DNA from: Paraglomus brasilianum
Taxonomy: Eukaryota
NCBI GenBank assembly: GCA_910592345.1
Contig: CAJVPI010000180.1
Coordinates: forward strand, 1 to 45,113
Reading direction: 5' to 3'
DNA: 45,113 nucleotides
In this document: piece after piece, positions 25,126 to 36,965 of the stretch
How the letters are laid out: each line of letters starts with the position of its first letter
How positions within the stretch are numbered: position 1 is the first letter of the stretch
Notes under the pieces: model-generated
Told to the model about the DNA's origin: nothing
Database searches by the model: none
Seen by the model: only the letters and a program-made list of their open reading frames with translations
Translations under genes and position numbers: made by a program

Positions 25126-26034
25126 TTTACCTGGCAGGACCTTATATTCAAATTATGAGTCCATGTGATACTTGTCAACATTTTCGGAATGGTTTACAGT
25201 ATAATGCTCGTAAGGAGGAGGAAGCAAAAGACTTATTGAGAAAATACAAAGAACATCTAGTTATCTCAGTCCGCGTAAAGTACATTTATTTGGTATTCAA
25301 AATGAAGCAGTACGCGAACAGATCAATTACGTTCTCGATGAAGACGATATTATAGGAAAAGGTCCTAATGGCACACTAATAAGCATGGTATTCGATGCGA
25401 TTAAGAGATTGAATAAAGGTGAAAAGCATTGAAGATTACTTGTGACAACGCGGGTGGACAGAATAAAAATAACGCCACCATTTGATTTTACCTATATTTA
25501 GTAATTTGTGGTTATTACGAAAGTGTTGAGCTTAATTTCATGGTACCTGGACATACAAAATTCAAGTGTGATGGTAGTTTTGAATTGATTAAGAATTATA
25601 TCGCAAAACGACGGTAGATTGTGTGAATTATATTGTAAAAGTTGTGGAAAAATCAAGTACAGCGGGATTAAACAAAACTCAGTGTTATGATAATGGAAAA
25701 GGTTTCCAATACTTAGATCTTAACTCTGTGTTGGGAATTTTCTTTAAGAAATTGAGTGGTTTACAAAAATATCAGCATTTTGTATTTGAAGCAGCTCGAC
25801 AAAGCCCAGCTGGTTGCTAGTGATGCCTATGCCGAATTTAATTTGTTGAAAATTAAAAAAACAAGTGTTTCTGAAATTACCAAAGAAATTAAATCTTTTA
25901 CCATTCTAGTTTTAACTCCACCTTCTTTGGATTACAAAAGACAAGAATATCTTTATCATAATATTCGCCCATTTGTCAGAGATGAATTTAAAGACATTAC
26001 TTGTCCACAACCAATTTATACTGGCAATGAATAA
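25125..26034 (+). pseudogene. DDE transposase remnant (Sola-like/DUF7869-type)
   Basis: SPCDTC, DEDDIIGKGPNGTL, CDNAGGQNKNN, LNFMVPGHTKFKCDGSF, YLYHNIRPFV...TCP; frameshifts and stops; probable 5' part at 24521-24590. Confidence 0.75.
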
Positions 26035-26039
26035 AATTC

Positions 26040-27350
26040 CTTCATCACTTGTTATTTGTTTTCTACTGCCAATAATATTAAGTCTAATGAGTTTAATATT
26101 TCAACAAACATTGCTAGCATTTCCCGGCTTTCAAAGATTACATTAAAGAAAGCCATAAAATAATTATATACTTAATGTAGTCTATAAAAAGGATGTAAGT
26201 ATATTAAAAGAATAAATAAAATAAACAAGAAAAATGGTAAACGTAATAATAACAGAACTCGAACAGGGAAATAAAGAATTATTAGAAGAAAACGAAAAGT
26301 TAAAGAAACAATTAGTTTAAACTAAGGATTTGAAATGCGGTTGATAATCTTACTGAAAGTTCAGAATATACTAATACTGGTACCACTTTAAGAACCTTGG
26401 AAAGATTTACTTGACCTGACAAGGGTTGAGTAAGTTATCCTGAAAAGAAATAGGGTAAGTTATTTTTAGCAGTGAATATTCACTCTGAAAACATTATTAA
26501 AAGTTTTCCCACTGCATATGAAAATATCTTAAATAGGGTTTCTTTCCCTAGGCGAGGGCCCTTTCAGGGGAGTAATATCGGTAAGGAAGCACAAAATTAT
26601 GAAGAAATTTTTAGTTTTACTTACCGAGAAAAAGAAGAATTAGAAACAAGGATAGAAGAGTCAGAAGATGAAGTGGAAATGGAACGAGAAGAAGCTGAAA
26701 AGGCACTGAATGCAGCTATGAGGTGAAGAAAGCACCAAATGTCTGAAACAGTGTTAAAGCACAATGCTGCAATGGGCAAGCTTATAGATAGAGTAATGTT
26801 ATTATTATTGGAAAATAGTTTGTTAAATAAAGATCAAGAAATAAGCAAAAGAGAATTATTTAGCAACCAAAGAATACCAGCTTTGTCTAAAAAACAAAAA
26901 AAAAATAGATTATAATTATGCAAACTCAAAAAATTAGTAAGCAAAATCCAAACTTTTATTATTCAAAAAGTAAGTAAATTATATGAGATTAGAATATAGA
27001 ATCTGAAAATAGCAAAGGATAACTATCGTTAACTTTGATACTAATACTGCTCTTGCTACTCATCAAATGATAGTTCATAACATTCCTGATAAAAAGAAAA
27101 TAATTATTTAGATTTTTTGCTTTATGTTTCCTCAAATTCTCGTCTTATCATACGTTGGCGTTAATGCTCGTTTATTGCTTTGTATCTTTCGTCCTTCTTG
27201 GTAAACTTCATAAGTGATTTTTCTTTGTCTAGATAGTCCTGGAGTGTTTGGGTATTAAAAACATAAGGAACAATTTTTTCACCTTGTTCTTTTCTTTAAA
27301 ATACTTCTAATGGTGCTGCAATTCTTTGGTTTCATAGTGGATTTGATGTA
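26040..27350. other. AT-rich intronless island readable with TGA=Trp (possible Mollicutes-related endobacterial origin)
   Basis: Frame 26316-26915 holds 200 codons with 4 TGA, 1 TAG, no internal TAA and no TGG; tightly packed small ORFs follow. Confidence 0.5.
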
Positions 27351-28039
27351 AATTAATTTCAACATAATCCTATACGTACGTATTAATATTAACCATGTTA
27401 CGACTTCATATTCATCTCAGCCATCTTAATGTTAGTCACATTCTAGCATGATACTTATATTAATTTAAACCTGTAATTTAATAAATTTGTGTATAGGTTA
27501 CAGCTGTGATAATCGAAGTGTTATTAACCAAATTAGTTAACTTAAGCCATATCTTTCAATATTCCACAAGTGTGTCATATAAAACAAAAAAAAGGAAGCT
27601 CGACAAAATTTATCTACTATGTTATACGTTGTATTATCAAGAATATTAATACCGATACTTGAACGTTTTCTACTGGTAAGTAGCGTGATAAATTGAATAC
27701 TTTGTAATTATATAACAAGTATATAACGAGGACTAGATTCCCATTGATTGCAGTTCAAGTCGTGGAATTACAACATGATTCTTTTCATGATATAAGCTGG
27801 GCTGATAGTCAAAGAAACGCTACTTACTCTGCTGTTGAGAGCACTGACAAACACAGTAAGGATAGACAACGATTAGTTCTTCTTTGAATCACGTTTTAGA
27901 ATAATTTAAAGCCCGAATTAAGCAGTTAGAGGGAAGATTAAAGCGAAATGCCCAAAACCAAGTAGATGTCAAGCGTGTTAGGACATCAAAAAGTTCAAAG
28001 GTCAACTGCAGTGGAGCATCATCTTTATTATAGTTTGCA

Positions 28040-28678
28040 TCATGCCCACCGTCCTTCCTTATCTCCGGATGGCCATATCATCCAACCCCATTTGAGATCT
28101 CCTCTGATCACAACTTCTCTCTTGTTATTTATTGGTTCGCCTGCGAACAAAATTAAAAATAAGTAGAAACACTACCAAAGTCTTACTCCAAGGAAATAAC
28201 TCAATGGATAAACTTGCACAACAATATCAAAGATGCACCTTGCGTACATCACTCACCATTCCAATACTGAATTCCAAATGCTCGCCCGTGTTTAATGTTC
28301 TGTTTAACATGGAGCAAATAATCACCCGACGGTTAGCGGTCATTATTAGCAACTATAGTAGGTCTTTGTTTGGTCACTCACCAATGGTTTCAAACGAACT
28401 CTTGTAACTTTGTAGTAACAGTCTTTAAACCCCTTTCCAACCCATTTGTCGGGCACCTTATTTACCCCAACCAACATAGTCAGTTCAGCACACCCGAAGA
28501 AGCCCATAATTTAATCATGTCATTAGAATACCATCCACCTACGGACCACCAGTAACCCAACGCCATAGTTAGGGTACACGTTTAGTAACTCGTAGAGATT
28601 TTTCTTCGCTCTCGCGCTTCGTATTATCGGGATAGTCTTGGAAGATTGTTTTAATAGCTCTTTGGCTATACTTGCCAT
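28040..28678 (-). CDS. Mitochondrial ribosomal protein mS34-like
   Basis: KNLYELLNVYPNYGVGLL|VPDKW...CYYKVTRVRLKPL|NIKHGRAFGIQYWNG...IRGDLKWGW; 4 exons. Confidence 0.7.
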
Positions 28679-28872
28679 TTGTGAGTTTACGATTAAAATA
28701 ATTTTAATATTGATAATAAAATTTAATTGAAATCTGTGCCACAATAGCCGTGGCTGGAGATGAAATTCAGTACATGTCCCGTGATCTCCAAAATATGTAA
28801 TTTCCTGAATGTCTATAGTATTTTTTATTTCATGAACTTTGCACAATAATTTAATTTCACTAACATAAAGCT

Positions 28873-31800
28873 TTAACTTTGGATTTTTAGTTGCTCCAGC
28901 TCTTTTATTAACGTTGCCTCACTAGAGATTTTCTGAATCTACGAAAAAACCATATCACGCCAATTTACGTCAGAGTTGTTCTACCGCCTCGAAGTCTGTT
29001 CACCCTTTCCCAAGAATAAACTTACTTGAGTTTGCTCTAATTGATCACCTCTAGCTAGACGTTCTTTTAATTCTGTAATTTGTCGAAGTTTCTTCGTAAT
29101 CGTCTTAATCTTCTTCTCTGTTTCTGTTTGTGCACCTGCAGGAGTTACCGTAACTTGGTTTGCAGCTCCAGTCGAAGGTGCTAAATAATAAGTAGAACGA
29201 ATGGACATATCGATGAAGACAAATAGAGTTGCGACATAATTATTTGAACGGTAAAATAAAAATAAAAAAAAAAAAAAAGCTTAAGAATACCGTTGCTATT
29301 AGTAACTGATTGGCCAGGTTCCTCTCGTTCCTCTCTTTTTTTCTTAGATGCCTCACGTTTCTTCTTATTCTTTGTTGCCACTTTACTTGGCGATGCTGAG
29401 AGAATTTAAGTATTAAAATCGAATTATAATAAAGACAGATCCACTCGCTTGGAGACATTATAGAACATCACTGGACTACTTACTCTCACCAGTGGCAGCG
29501 GGCTTCTGAGCCTTACTACTATCTAATTGAGATCCACTCGGCGTTTCGTCTTCACGCTGAAATCATTAATTTCCTGGTCACTATAGAACAATACACGTTC
29601 AATACAGTCTTCTAAGAGAAATAGCGAGATACCTTGAACATCTGTGGCGTTGCCGTTCCGCGTGCATGTGGGGGCCGATAAGCACCAACGGGTTTGGCTG
29701 GGCAAATAAGTGTACGAGAACGTAAAGACGTGTGCATGTGCATAGTGAACCTTATAACAGAATTACACTCACGTGGAGGTTTAACAGTACTCTGAGTTCC
29801 ATCTCCAATTGGTTTTGGTGGAGGCGATAGGGTTGTTCTCATTGGATACAATTCAACAGATGCTGGTCTCCAGACAACCTTCAAGAGCAAATTGCGTATA
29901 CGAATATTTGACTAAAGTCGCGCTGACCTCTTTGTCTCACATTACTCGCCCGCGCTCTTTTACCAACTCGTATCCCAAGTTTTATTGTCAGCTATTAAAT
30001 ACCTGCCACAACTCTTCCACACTTTTCATGTGCATTAAGCTACCAGAATAGTGCCATATTTTATATCCGTTTTCCACTCTTAGTCTCGGACTCAATGTCG
30101 CTGTCATAATATGCCTCCCATCCGGTGACCATGTGCATTCTGATGTATCCGGTGCTTCGAATGTGTTAAGCTTTTTTAATGTTTGTCGATCCCAGACGTC
30201 CACCGTTCCCGAGAGATTACCAAAGCCCGCTATGTAAATGAGTAGAGATGTTGATTGAAGAGGAACAATAGAGTTAAGGAGGCCAATGATGTGAAAAGAA
30301 CTGTGCTGAAAAGTCGATGAATAACAAAGCTAGTTTATAAAAGCTATGGAAGTTGTTTTACGATCACAAAATTGATGAATAAAATATACTATTTGAAATG
30401 GCATATACTTGTACAATGATAAGGATATGTCGTCCCTGAGGGTTGAACTGTGCAGTGTTTCGTGGATTAATACCAAATTCATGAACTGGATTCGCGCGGT
30501 GGTCAAAGAGAGTCACCTTCGAAGGCATGACTTTAATCGATAATAATAAAAAATTTAGTAAAATACTCATGTGGCTTGTGAAAAAAACAACATACTAACA
30601 TCCATAGATTACTATGAATTCCTTTGAGTTAGGGCTCCATGTAACATCGTGAATGGGTCCTTTCTTGTCTATGTGAATAGATTAATGAGTTTCTTAAATA
30701 AGAAGGCTTATCGTCATAATGATATCTATGACATACCGAGATCAACACGACAATCATAATTGCCGGCTACCGAGAGGAAGTAAAGGTTTGTTTCTAAAAT
30801 GAAAACAGTGAAAATTAAATGAGAGACCCAGAATCGATATACACGTGATATCTCCAGCTTGATTCCTATTCTTACCTCCATAATACGATTTATTGGTTTT
30901 ATCAATGTCAGTTTGCGTCAATACCAATAAATTAGTTCCAAGGACATTCCATTTCATCTGAATTTTATCAGCTTTGAAAAAAGTCTTATGTGCCAATGCA
31001 TTATTGAAGTTCGTTATCGAATATATGCGCACAACTGCTGGGCTTCCCTGTGAAATACCTTACGATTAGGTTATGTTATAATAAAATGCTGGACACATAA
31101 CACCAATCCCATCTGTTGTATTGTATAAAATGCTACTGACTCTTTTCTCGGGAATAAACGCAGCTATTGCTGGGCTTCTACCAGGCGATAATGCGAAATC
31201 GGATATGTTTTCCAACCGTAGCTTTGAATGGATGCCTTTTGATAATCTTGCGTTATCGTAAAAGTGGACCTCGTTTGTAACCATGCGACAGAAGTAAGCC
31301 TCATCTGATGTCCATTGAACGTTCCTATCATAAAAGGCGGTTAGACGTATGTTCGAATAATAAACAATAAGCTTGCTGTACAGAGGGAATTGATAAACTA
31401 AGTAGATGTAAAAAAATTCAAACATCGCACCATTTATTCTGGCTCTTCTGTGTGAAAGATATGAGTTCATTGCCTGTAGCAACGTCCCAAATGATAAGAT
31501 TCTTGTGGGGAACGTCCCCTTCGAGTTTAACTAAATCGTAGCATCATTGTTAGCGATCGCATTCTCCAAAGTTTATCCATTATTCCGATGTTATAACAAC
31601 ATCATCAAACCTGGTCGTTCCCAAGTGGACAAATATGTTCTCTTTGGTGAGAATCCAATATCAATGACATTCTTCTTACTAATTTCGCTGACAAGCGCGC
31701 CAGTATCGGCATTGATAATCTTGACACTGTAATCGTACGAACAGTTGTCGATATTTTCCGTTAACAATTCAAACTATAACTGAACACACTTGTTCATCTT

Positions 31801-32144
31801 ATAATTCGCTCTTTTACCACTCATTCGTAGCCCATCCAAAATAGTTGCCATCCTTGCTATACTGTACTGTGCGTACATTCTCATCGATTCTGTCGAAAAA
31901 GGTCCAGTTAGATACAACGATAACAGATTGTTTGCTGGACAGAATGAGATCTCACACATTACTCTCGAATATCCTCTATGGTAGGATACGACATTAGTTT
32001 GACGCTTCCGGTAGATCGATCTGAGGAGATAAAAGTGACATATTGAGATAGTAAATGTCGAGTCTATTTGAGAATTATAAGACTTCAATTGCAGGAGTCC
32101 ATTATTCATAATCATTTACATGCAAATTGCGTGGGAAGAGCCAT
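28873..32144 (-). CDS. EIF2A: Eukaryotic translation initiation factor 2A
   Basis: MALPTQFAY start; QWTSDEAY, KTFFKADKIQMKWN, DKTNKSYYG, IAGFGNLSG, WSPDGRHIMTATLSPRLRVENG, KKLRQITELK; many short introns. Confidence 0.95.
30242..30428 (-). other. U12-type AT-AC intron in eIF2A
   Basis: 5' ATATCCTT, branch TCCTTAAC (30280-30273), 3' AC; splicing restores FNPQGR|LIYIAGFGN. Confidence 0.9.
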
Positions 32145-32921
32145 GTTTGATTTCGGAAAAGATAAATCTGAAGGAAATATAATATATAGCCTCCTCGAAT
32201 GTCACTTTCAAAGAAAATTTTTGCCGAAAGTATGTAATCAACGAACGGTGATTGGCTGATGTTGCAAATAATTATCGGGCCATTCTAGTGATAAAAAGAT
32301 GGCCCAAACACGTGTAATAGTAACCTTTCCCCTAAAAGGCAACTGATACCGAACGAATTGCTCAAATCTACAAAAAGTCTAATATCGCTGTTTTAAATAC
32401 CAATTACCAATGGGAAGAAATATTTGCTCCTTGAAGCTCAACAATGTCAAGCATATGATAAACTTGTAATTAAAATTATTGGCATTATCTCTAAGGCTTT
32501 AAAATTAAGTAGGAATGAACAAAGACCGAAAGCTTTCTTTTGACACCCATGGTAGTTTTCGTTGACACTTCTCCATATTGTTTGGGTGTGATCCTTCTCT
32601 TACCCATAATACCATGGTTTATAGCATTTTCGTGCCAAATCAATTCAGTTTATTAATACTAATTTTGTTGTATAAGAATTGGAAATCTAACAGATGATGT
32701 TATCAAAAGAAAATAAAATACAGGAGGGCCGTTTTTTTTTTTGCAGCATGGCGACCATGCAATAATACCCTGAATTTCCTGTCAATCACGTATGTTTAAT
32801 GTTTATACCCAATTGGTATGCTTATTCAGTTCTGAGAGGAAAACAATCAACCCAACCATTCCACTTCAAAATAAATTTTGTAATGCACAATGACTTTAGT
32901 ATAAAAAAAAAAATACATATA

Positions 32922-35900
32922 TTACAACATCTCGTAATTATCACTAACAGCCGACTCACGTCTCCGTGCTGATAACATCCTCTCTTCTATTCCCAAATCT
33001 TCTTCTACACTGTCCATATGCAGACTCTCTTCGACATCTTCTCTCGACACATTAACGGTATCATCTTCTGTACTAGCAAAATCTTTAGATGTAGATACTC
33101 TATTATCTGTAATGTCTCTAATGTCTTCTACAAAGTCCGACTCAATCTCCGACGTTGAGGACGACACGTCGCTCAGTCGACGAGATGATGTCCACGAGCC
33201 AGGAGGCAGACTTGCATCCATTACTGTGAAGAAGGGAAAACGTGAATCCATATCCTAGTATATACAGTCCAGGGGAAAACAGTAAGTTACAATTGTCAGA
33301 GTGTTTAAAAGTTGATTGCATTGCTAAGATGGACTTTACCCTTTCTACTCGATCACAGAAATCATTAAATTCTTGTTCGCTTTGACAAATAAATCCAAGC
33401 AACATAGATGGATCCATTTCGGATATATCCATTGCCCTTACTATTGTTGAATGATAGTCCTGTGAATATATCATTAGAGATATGAGTACCAATTTGACAT
33501 AAATATAGTATGATTGTACTGACGCATTTCTTGAAACCTACCTCAATCGGGCATTCTTGGCAATTGTCAAGATTGAGTGCTGGCCGAACGAAGTGAGGAT
33601 CTAAATATAGCAGCTCGTTGTCTGCGATTAACAAAGGATTATTTTCCGACTACTTAGTAATGCTAACTATCTTCTATACGCAATATCCAACCAAGTCATC
33701 CCTCGATACCTTGTATGGCAACAAAGTATAATGATCGGCAAGGTCGCCCACCAGCAATCCCAAGAAATTGCGGAAAGGTAAATAATGCCTGTAGAATAAG
33801 ATGTAATCAATAAGCGAAATATGGTCTGCATTCGAATTGTATGTTTACTATACCTTTAAGTTCTGCGAGTAGTTTGCATTAAGTTTATCTGTACCGAGCC
33901 TGCGTGAGGGCAAATGATAGTGTGTTAAAACGGTTCAATTAAATTTCGTTCCGTGTCTTCATTATAGTCACCTAATCGGTATCATAATGAGCACTGGTTT
34001 CCATGTTTTCTGTTCTGTGAATGGATATGTATCCAATTCACCGTATGCTAATGATAGTACTTCGTTTCGATATATAGAATTATCGGACGCTATGTGGATG
34101 GCTAATGGACATTCTTTATGCTGAACAGATAATCGCCTGTATTCATATTACCAAAAAAAAAAAAAAAAGTAAGCATAGGACGAGAAAGTATAAAGACTTA
34201 AATCCCCTTGCTTACTTTAATGCATATGCCACTGTAGAAGGTCCAAACCATTCACCAATCTTCTTGTCCAGTTTCACTCCCATTCTGGCGATATTATGTA
34301 TCGAGTAATATTGTTCAGGATCAGGCCCGTCCAGAAACCAACGAAGAATCTAAGAATGAAGGGATAGCGTGCTTAATAAATATTTAAAAATTCTAAACGA
34401 GCAGGAAATAACCGTGGTCACATAATAGCTTACTTTTCGGTATGTCACCACGTCTGCAGGCGGTTGATGATGGTGCAATCGCCAACCTTTATACATGACA
34501 ACCGCGAGGCGGGCCAACACAAATGACCGTTAACTTTACTCTTTCAAAGGCACAGAATCCGTACCACGGACACTCACACTCACTACGCTCACACTCACTA
34601 CGCATCCCCAACCCTTAACTACGAATTCGCACTACGCCCATCTCTCATCCTACAAGATCACTTACCGCGCCCAAGTAACACTATCAGAAATCCCTGTGCC
34701 AGCAAACTCTGTCCCGTTCTATGCATGCATCCCCAGCCAGTGTCTGACGTATGAAACGCAGGTTCAATCGGCGGAAATTCCTTTCGATAGCAACAATATA
34801 TCCTTGACTGAAAGTCGTACAAAAACTCCATTAACGTATTCTGATTAGATGACAATTGCCCAACTGATTCCGGGTAATATAAACTCGTTGCCATAGGCGG
34901 GGCCGACTTTGTACTTCTCAAGGATCCCGCTTCTGACTTTGGTCTCTTATCCATCGCATATTCACCTCTTGAAGGTAGACTACCTCTGTGTGCAGATACA
35001 AAGTCTCTGGATGCTGTTGCTATTGCACGACCTAGTGAATATCCATCAACGGATGATTCTTCTCTGTCGGATTCGCCTAGACGAGATGTACCGTCACTAG
35101 TGTCACTGTCTCCAGATGACAAGCGGCTGTCATCAGGAAACAATAAATCGTCTGCGTATGACGCGCGACGTGTTCCAGTTGGAAGCTTGGGGTTACGATC
35201 TTGCTCGTTTTCAATGTGTGGATATAGTTTAGGTGATGGTAGAGAAGCGGCATTTTTCTTATCCCGATTAAGTGAAAAGAGACTCGCAACACTCATACGA
35301 CGAGGCTTTTTGTTTTTGGTCCACGGAATACCATGCGGGCTAACCGGCTGCGTGGGGCTAGATGGCTCAGTCAGGGCAGAGCCTCGATTAAGATTATGTC
35401 CTGACAAACGGCGGGCATGTAAATAATTGTTCGCTTCTGATAGTCCTTTACTACTCGATTCCCCATTTGCATTTAATTGTGATAAATCAGGCGACGACTC
35501 ATTCTTCTTTGAAAATGAAAAAGATCGCAATCGTCCTTTCATACTAGGCTTCAAACTCGGCGATCCAACCCCTGTAGAACTTCGTTCTGTATTTATCAGA
35601 TGTGACTAATGTGTAAACAGATTGGTGTCTTTAAAATATTACGTTTCGGTTACCCTGAACAAATTACCTTTTCCTTTGTGCGATACATGTGCTTGATCTA
35701 GAGCATTTGAAGTGGAAAACGAGCGTGTTTTGCTAAATCGTTGACGGCCCGTGTCTTCGCTCGTGGTCCGTTCGTGTAGTTTGAAAATGTCAAAGTCGTC
35801 GTCGTCTTCTGATCCTCCAAATAATACGAAATTTAATATGGAGGATGCTCGACCGCCACGGGCATGTTCACCCCGATCTGATTTTGGAAGACTTATTGGA

Positions 35901-36965
35901 CCGTCATTCTCTAATACGTGGCATGCATATACAAGAAAGAATATTAAATGTTGGAACGTTGAAACTTACAAAACGCAAGGCGCAAGTTACGACCCAGTAC
36001 CCAAAATCTTCCCGTACTATTTAACTATCGACGTGTTCTACCTGTAAAATTATACACAACCCCGAGCATCCATATTGGACTTGTCGAATACGAGTGCTTC
36101 ACTCGCGATCTCTCATCAGACTTCATATACTGTACAACACGTGAATTGTAGAACCAATGGCTTTAAACGTGTCCAGATCGAATGTATAAAATAAAAATAT
36201 TGTGAATAATCAAATTTCTTCTTCTCTAGTCTTTCAACATAAATTCTCCTATCACATAAATCATATCTGCAAATAACTAGATTTTTATTTGGTTTACATA
36301 GAATGTTAATTTCGATCTTCTCGTTAATCTCCAATTTTTATTAAATAAAGTTACCGCAGCGAGAAATGGTAAAAAATATAAATCAACTAACCCCATCTTT
36401 TGAAATATATCAGAGGAATTTCGATGAGAGTCAGCAAATTCACTTGTTATTTCTTCTCTTGCTATTTCTTCGGGTGGCGAGGGAGTGAAAGGAGACTGAG
36501 TGGAAGACGGGGAATCGGAGGATTCTTCTACGGGGAAGGGGTCGAAGTCGTCGACGTTGTCCCATTCATCATGTGCTGGTCGGGGCGAGGAGGACTGCGA
36601 TGTGAATATGCGTATTGTTGGTGTTTGTGGTGTTGGTGTCTGTATTGTTGGTGATGGTGGCGTTGGTGGCGGTGTTCTTGTTGTTGTTGTTGTTGTTGTT
36701 GTTGCTGCTTGAGAAGTTGTTATGATCTCTGATACCTGCTCATGTTAAGGAAATATTAGTTGGGAAAAAAGGGCAGCGGTGGAAATTGGTGGGGGTTGAA
36801 GGGCAAATATAGCGATGACTATTCGGTGGATTTTTCTAATAGGTAGTTTTGGGTCAACGCAGTTGAGAGAAACCTTACCGAGGGTGTGTTCATTATTGTT
36901 TGAATCTTGATCGACTCTTCGAGCGCTCTTTTGCGGCAAGATAGTTTCCGCCACGGATTACCCAT
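32922..36965 (-). CDS. ATG4: Cysteine protease ATG4 (peptidase C54) with long low-complexity extensions
   Basis: [63 protein letters not shown], terminal YEML; start tentative. Confidence 0.93.
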
